A stretch of DNA of 64,000 nucleotides from positions 80,724,001 to 80,788,000 of the forward strand of contig NC_042999.1 in the NCBI RefSeq assembly GCF_006345805.1. The letters run 5' to 3'. The position numbers and the translations under genes are program-made. The notes under the pieces are model-generated. The model was not told where the DNA came from. It worked only from the letters and a program-made list of their open reading frames with translations, and ran no database searches. Numbering within the stretch: the stretch's first letter is position 1; each line of letters starts with the position of its first letter. This document shows positions 57,225-64,000 of the stretch, piece after piece. The DNA comes from Octopus sinensis. Taxonomy: Eukaryota.

Positions 57225-58154
57225 GTTTTATCTCTGATTTAATTTATATATATACATGCATACATATTTATGTGTACATCCAACAATGTATGTACATATG
57301 TCTGAATGCATGTATGTATGCACGGAGACATGTAAATACCTGGGTTGGTGTCCTGGCACGCAGTTGGCCCACTGGGAAAGAGAGGGCCCTCTTTTGTTGC
57401 CACATTTTCCTAGGAGAGGTAAACTCTGAGAGGAATCCTGCGACACTGACAATATTCGATGATGTAGACTAGTACTTCTCGTTTTAGTTTATGTTGTCCA
57501 CGTTTAGAGTTTGGGACCATTTGTGTGCGGCTCCTATACTCCTCTCCATAACGTTCTGCAACACTCTGTATGTCTCTGAGCAGGTATCGCCATGACCATC
57601 TTATCATGATCAATGCAACGATCACACGCTACACATGTGCATTCTAAGCATTCTAAGTATATATATATATATATATATATTAGTTCAGTCCATTACATTG
57701 AAGATTCGGGTATAACATGTGTGTCTGGAAAGATTAGCTGACAAAAAAGACACTCGGGTTTCAGTTGCATAAGATCTTGATAATGTCTAGAACGATGAAA
57801 ACTTTGAAAACTTTGCGTAGGCTTCTGAGCAGCTATCGCTGAGCTTTTGACAATATTGGATGCAGATTCTCTGCTAAAATGTCTGTGTCGTTCTCAATGA
57901 GAAGATAATACGCTACATACGTTCATTCGAAACGCTTCTGTAAACAGCGGAAGTAAGGTAGAACGTTAAAATTTAGGACACATACAAAGATGTCACGCTC
58001 AATCTGTACTAAGTGACTTTACTTTGCGTACTTTAGTTTCATTACTATAGCAAGTGTCCGGATACTTATTGATCAGCAATTGTGTGTGTGTGTGTATTTT
58101 ATATATGTATGCATGTATATGTGTAATTGCGTGTGTGGAGTATATATGAATGTA

Positions 58155-58212
<58 letters not shown>

Positions 58213-58588
58213 TATATTATATATATATATATATATACACATATATACTGAGAGAGAGAGAGAGAGAGAGAGATACAGAGATAGAGAAACTGCTTGCATG
58301 TGTATGCGTGTGCGTGTATTTGAAGAGGTGTGCATATACTGTATAATAAGAAGGAGGCAGTCAGAATTTTGGATAATTCTATATTAGGGTTTAGTCCGTT
58401 CAATCGAACATTTTGTATTAATATATATATATATATATACAAAAAGCAATAAAGATTCAAGTTAATTTAAATGAATTTACTTGAATATGGTACCTAACTT
58501 AGATGCACCAAAAAAAACTATACTGTTTTAACAATACAGTAATGTGGGGTGATTATAAGCGAGAAAGAAGCAACAAGAATGGATAGGT

Positions 58589-58679
58589 TTTTAGTACAAT
58601 CGTTTCATACAAGGACAGGCTTTATTAAAAGTTGCAAAAATTACAGCATATAAACGTGTCCCGTACTCATCAGCTAAAA
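58589..58679 (-). ncRNA. Intact type I hammerhead ribozyme in the inverted PLE end
   Basis: UUUUAG-CUGAUGA-GUAC.GGGACA(loop)UGUCCU.U.GUAU-GAAAC-GAUU-GUA/CUAAAA; 6-bp stem I, palindromic stem III. Confidence 0.85.
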
Positions 58680-58682
58680 TAG

Positions 58683-60758
58683 TTATTACTCTAGTATTTC
58701 CCCTATCTTACTCAACAAATCACTAATATTTGCCTTGAATCGCTCCCTCATATCTAGAGAAGAAATCAATATTGTGCTACTAGCTAGGAAGACATTTATA
58801 GAATTTGAAGATAAATTATGGACTAGAGCAGATACACCTAATTATTTTGATATACCAATGGGTTCCAGTGATTCGGCTGAGGTAACCAACCTAGTAGGCG
58901 CATATCTATTAAAATGCATAGCAAGGATATCCCAGAAATACATGGGGGTCTATATAGGGATGATGCTCTGTTTGTTATCCCTAGTAATAATAAATCTGTT
59001 ATAGAAAGGATTAGAAAGAAAATTAATAAGTTCTTTAAGGATTTCAACCTCAGTATAACGTATGAACCGGGCACTAAAATAGTTAACTTCCTAGATATTA
59101 CGCTAGACCTTAACTCCAAGCTGCATTACCCATTTAGAAAGGAAGGCGAAATCACGAATTACGTAAATAAATTATCAAATCATCCCCCAAATATAATTGA
59201 ATCTTTAGTAAGAAATATTCATTAAGAATTCAAAATTATCATCCAATAAGGATATATTTAACTCCCATTCTGAGCATTATAATGCGGCGTTAACTAAGGC
59301 TGGATACAACCAAAATATTACATTCGTTGATAAGGAGAACTCACGTATTCCTAATAAAGAAGTTATCAGTAATCACGTAAGCAGCAATACAGACCAAGCC
59401 CGAAATAAAAGTAGAATTAAATTAACGGTAAACGCTAATCTAACGTACAGGCCCAACAATTCAAATAGAAGCATTGACCAGAACATAGGTAACTCGGATA
59501 ATATCGAAGTAGATAAACCTAAGATGCACACAAATAAAAATAAAAATAATGGTAATAAATACAATAACTCCGGTGAGATGAATAGTAATAATTCTACGAA
59601 CCCTAATTTAATAAAAAAGATATATTATGGCTGAATATTCCTTTCAACTGTGCGATACAATCGGAATACAGAACAAATTCAAAGTAATTCTGGAAAAAAA
59701 TTTCCCTATCTCTCATAGATATCATAGAATTATTTCTAGGAAAACAGTTACGATTTCTTATTCAACCCTCCCAAATATGTCCACTTTAATAGCTAAGATT
59801 AATAATAACAACATTAAACTAGCCAGGAAAGATAGAAATAAAAATAATAATATCAGCATGAATACCAATAGCAATTATAATAATACTACCAACAATAAAA
59901 ACAGCAATAGTAACTATCAAAACATAGGTGAAATTAGTAACCACAGAATGACTAATAACATTAACATTAATAGTAATAATAACAATGCCGATATTAATAG
60001 AAGTAATAATGTTAATAATAGAAATAATAGAAATAAGGCTAATGGAGAAAATAAGGAGAATGAAAATATCAGTGATATCTATAACAACAATATGCAGTCG
60101 GATAAAAAGACTAACAATAATAGTAACATTACCAATAATATAAGAAATCATGGTAGGACTTTAGACCTAAATGATGAAACAGAAGGATCAATAAATAATA
60201 GCAATACTTTAGATATCAGCACCAACTATAGAAATATTAATAACAATAAGGACAATTATACTCATGATAATCAAAATAATAGGAACCTAAGACATCTACC
60301 AAGAATAATCCAAAACCTGAAGTTGTTCCTCCTGTGTGTAAGTGTAGAATAAAATCAAAATGCCCGGCACCTGGTCTATGCGGGGAAAATAATGTAATCT
60401 ATAAATGTACCATATCCACGGAGAATAACAAATATTTTTACATTGGATGTACAATTAATTTTCTAGCCAGAGTTAGAAATCACATCTCGTCTTTTAATTA
60501 CGTCATAAAGCTGGTACCACCACACTTTCAAACAAAATCTTGGAACTCAAAAATAATAATAATAATTATAACCTTAATTGGGAAATAGTTAGGAGAGCAA
60601 TTCCGTATAAAAATAGTAGGGTTGGTTGCCAACTATGCTCCATGGAGACGTATGAAATTCTAAAGCATAGAAAACATAGAAACTTATTGAATAACCATAT
60701 CGAACTAGGTCAAGTTTGTGTCCACGCTAAATTGAAGACTTTAAAATATTTTAAATGA
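58683..60758 (+). pseudogene. PLE reverse transcriptase (from motif A onward) plus GIY-YIG endonuclease, frameshifted
   Basis: YYSSIS, FDIPMGSSDSAE, GLYRDDA, VNFLDITLDL, SNHPP, KAGY, ILWLNIPFN, CKC...CP...C..NVIYKC...YIG...R..NH, WEI, CQLC, LLN, CVH; at least six single-base frameshifts. Confidence 0.92.
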
Positions 60759-61494
60759 TTAGAATATTCGTAACTAGATAGATAGATAGATATAACTTGA
60801 TTTTTACTAGTATAGCACTGTTTAAGTAGATAACTAAGAGTTCTCACACTACAGTTATCTTTTTCCTTATATCTGCATCAGTTTTTTGAGAACAGGGAAA
60901 TGAATAGTACTTATACGCTGCTTAATTGAGGCTTTATTTAATTTCAAACTCATAATTTTAAATCTTAATTTTAAATCTTAATTGTAATTTTTAATTTTAA
61001 TTCTTAACTTAATCTAATTTAAGTAGCATAACTTTAATAAAATAAAATGAGTTACTAAAGCCCCATAATTCTATTTCAAAATTAAATAAATAAGGCTACT
61101 CCCTCGGTGATAATATGATTATCTTCATTATGATAGACAATTCCCTAACACCTTGTAAATGATCTTCTAAGATTTGACCTATAGTCCGTCAATGTATGAA
61201 TAATAACGGCAGCTCCTTAAGACAATAAAATGAATAAATTAAATAAATAAATTTTAATGACTTTTTGATAAGATTATACTTAGATTTTCCTAATGTATTT
61301 TCTTTTGATTTTAGCCTCTGACCCCTAAACCCCTGAGCGTGTTATCTCTTTAGATTCTCTTTAAATTCATAGCTGATTTTAACTGCAATAAATTAGCTGT
61401 TTTACTGGTCAAAGAATAATATTCTCCTCTAGTTCCTAGATGCCTGTAAATTAAAACCAGACTTGCCGTCTACTAATTCTTCTGTATAACTAGA

Positions 61495-61690
61495 ACCCTC
61501 TTTTTTTCTTTTTCTTTTTTTTCCATTCTTTCCCTATTTCTTTCTCTTTTCTCTTTTTTATTTTTCTTCTTCTTATTCTCTTTTTCCTTTTCTCTTCTCT
61601 TTTAGTCCCCCCCCCTTTTGCTCCCTCCTCCTTTATTTTCTCTCTTTTCTTCTCTTCCCTTCCCTTTTCTGTTCTTTGCATCTCTAGAAA
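61495..61690. repeat. Polypyrimidine (CT-rich) tract
   Basis: Directly visible. Confidence 0.9.
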
Positions 61691-62305
61691 GCCCTTCAGC
61701 CTTTAAAAGTTAAATAGCTACAGCCTCTTGTAAATAGCAGTAATGTGATTAATGTGGCAAATACCTAATCATATAACAAGAATTGATACCTACCTCATTG
61801 TGTTCAACCATTGATAAATTTATCGCCTGTGAATATGAAATTCCTCTCATTTCTCTGGAAATTTACATCTACACCATTGGAAATTGTGCATCTATACAAA
61901 GGATTAATTCACCCTCTCTGTAATGCTAATAAGCAGGAATTGAGACCCACCTCGTTGTGATTAACAATGGATAAATTTGTCGTCTGTGAGTATGTAATCC
62001 CTCCTCATATCTCTGGAAATTCATATGTGCACTATGGATTAGGTCACCTTCTCTGTGATGCTATTAAAACTTTTTTAAAATTCTGTGATAAGACTGTACA
62101 TCATCTTTAAAGAACTTTAACGAACTTTGGAAATCTGTTTATGTTACTTAATTATCTACATTACTTCATGAGTATAGCCTCAACCACTAGGATGTCTAGA
62201 GAACTCACATGTATTTTAGCTGTAATTTTTGCAACTTTTAATAAAGCCTGTCCTTGTATGAAACGATTGTACTAAAAACCTATCCATTCTTGTTGCTTCT
62301 TTCCG

Positions 62306-62341
<36 letters not shown>

Positions 62342-62481
62342 TATATATAATATATATATCAACAATCAAGGAACGGCCATAATAGGCCATTCACCCACTA
62401 GAAATAACAGCCAAAGCTTCAACCGCAAATAAGATTAATTCCGTAAACAGGAGAAAATTTAAAAAACATTTACCCTGTAAT

Positions 62482-62584
62482 TTCTTGTACGATGCACCGT
62501 TTCATCTGCTGTTTAATGGTAAACTAACCTGATTAAATTAAATCAAGCCAATCTTCCATAGGCCCTCAGATTCTTCAGCAAGAA
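62482..62584 (-). ncRNA. Type I hammerhead ribozyme, array copy 1
   Basis: UUCUUG-CUGAAGA-AUCUG(58 nt)CAGAU-GAAAC-GGUGCAUC-GUA/CAAGAA; predicted cleavage between 62488 and 62487. Confidence 0.88.
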
Positions 62585-62967
62585 GTAGCCAAGTCGGAAC
62601 AGATATTTTCACGAGGCATTTCCGACCTGCCAAGGTAATATCTGACCTAAAATTTTCAAATCGTCGCACTCGCGCCAAATTTATCGGCAACAATAAATAT
62701 AAGCCGTCGATTCCATTACGGAATTAACCAGAAAATTCATAATAATCAATATAGGGTGGCAAAAAAAATTTTGTAGAATTCTTTTTGCCACCAGCGGCCT
62801 AGTGGGAAAAAATTAAATAGTCATAGACCATTTTTAAGTTCAACATCAACAATCAAGGAACGGCCATAATAGGCCATTCGCCCACTAGAAATAACAGCCA
62901 AAGCTTCAACCGCAAATAAAGATTAATTCCGTAAACAGGAGAAAATTTAAAAAACATTTACCCTGTA

Positions 62968-63074
62968 ATTTCTTGTACGATGCACCGTTTCATCTGCTGT
63001 TTAATGGTAAACTAACCTGATTAAATTAAATCAAGCCAATCTTCCATAGGCCCTCAGATTCTTCAGCAAGAAAT
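62968..63074 (-). ncRNA. Type I hammerhead ribozyme, array copy 2
   Basis: Identical core; 8-bp stem I AUUUCUUG/CAAGAAAU; predicted cleavage after 62976. Confidence 0.88.
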
Positions 63075-63458
63075 AGCCAAGTCGGAACAGATATTTTCAC
63101 GAGGCATTTCCGACCCTGCCAAGGTAATATCTGACCTAAAATTTTCAAATCGTCGCACTCGCGCCAAATTTATCGGCAGCAAATAAATATAAGCCGTCGA
63201 TTCCATTACGGAATTAACCAGAAAATTCATAATTAATCAATATAGGGTAGCAAAAAAATTTTGTAGAATTCTTTTTGCCACCAGCGGCCTAGTGGGAAAA
63301 AATTAAATAGTCATAGACCATTTTTAAGTTCAACATCAACAATCAAGGAACGGCCATAATAGGCCATTCGCCCACTAGAAATAACAGCCAAAGCTTCAAC
63401 CGCAAATAAAGATTAATTCCGTAAACAGGAAAAATTTAAAAAACATTTACCCTGTAAT

Positions 63459-63562
63459 TTCTTGTACGATGCACCGTTTCATCTGCTGGTTTTTAATGGT
63501 AAACTAACCTGATTAAATTAATCAAGCAATCTTCCATAGGCCCTCAGATTCTTCAGCAAGAA
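63459..63562 (-). ncRNA. Type I hammerhead ribozyme, array copy 3
   Basis: Identical core; predicted cleavage after 63465. Confidence 0.86.
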
Positions 63563-64000
63563 AGAGCCAAGTCGGAACAGATATTTTCACGAGGCATTTC
63601 CGACCCTGCCAAGGTAATATCTGACCTAAAATTTTCAAATCGTCGCACTCGCGCCAATTTTATCGCAGCAAATAAATATAAGCCGTCGATTCCATTACGG
63701 AATTAACCAGAAAATTCATAATTAATCATATACGGGTAGCAAAAAAATTTTGTGAGATTCTTTTTGCCACCAGCGGCCTAGTGGGAAAAAATTAAATAGT
63801 CATAGACCATTTTTAATTCCACATCAACAATCAGGAACGGCCATAATAGGCCATTCACCCACTAGAAATAACAGCCAAAGCTTCAACTGCAAATAAAGAT
63901 TAATTCCGTAAACAGGAGAAAATTTAAAAAACATTTACCCTGTAATTTCTTGTACGATGCACCGTTTCATCTGCTGTTTAATGGTAAACTAACCTGATTA

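Larger units (their letters stand above)
58554..62311 (+). mobile_element. 5'-truncated Penelope-like element with inverted terminal segment
   Basis: 58554-58682 is the reverse complement of 62212-62311; RT-EN ORF lies between; right end abuts (AT)n. Confidence 0.8.
62360..64000 (-). repeat. Tandem array of ~488-bp HHR-bearing units (3 complete plus 1 partial, open at window end)
   Basis: Unit starts at 62360, 62847, 63337, 63825; near-identical copies; no listed ORF. Confidence 0.97.

Noticed and set aside
62360-64000. Array as CRISPR or simple satellite
   Set aside because: No repeat-spacer alternation or cas genes; the embedded ribozyme and fold are not explained by a plain satellite.

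Overview
AT-rich, repeat-saturated eukaryotic DNA. The SINE families and dense microsatellites suggest a coleoid cephalopod, probably Octopus (inference). No host protein-coding exon could be supported; most ORF-track entries are microsatellite translations. The window holds many tRNA-derived SINEs, decayed non-LTR retrotransposons (Hero-like, CR1-like, two Tx1/L1-like, RTE, R4/Dong-like copies in (AAT)n tracts), a mariner relic, MITEs and two Penelope-like elements (PLEs). The most notable signal is a set of type I hammerhead ribozyme (HHR) motifs, nearly all with a self-complementary stem III. The best case is a tandem array of ~488-bp non-coding, highly self-complementary units at 62360-64000 that runs off the window. 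Each complete unit carries an intact minus-strand HHR (CUGAAGA...GAAAC...GUA), the architecture of a retrozyme-like circular RNA. A diverged, circularly permuted relative with a covarying stem lies at ~26.2-26.5 kb. Other HHRs occur in fold-back arrangements at 26.6-26.75 kb, 52.26-52.57 kb and at both ends of the 58.55-62.31 kb PLE. All alignments and folds were done by eye; coordinates of decayed elements are approximate.
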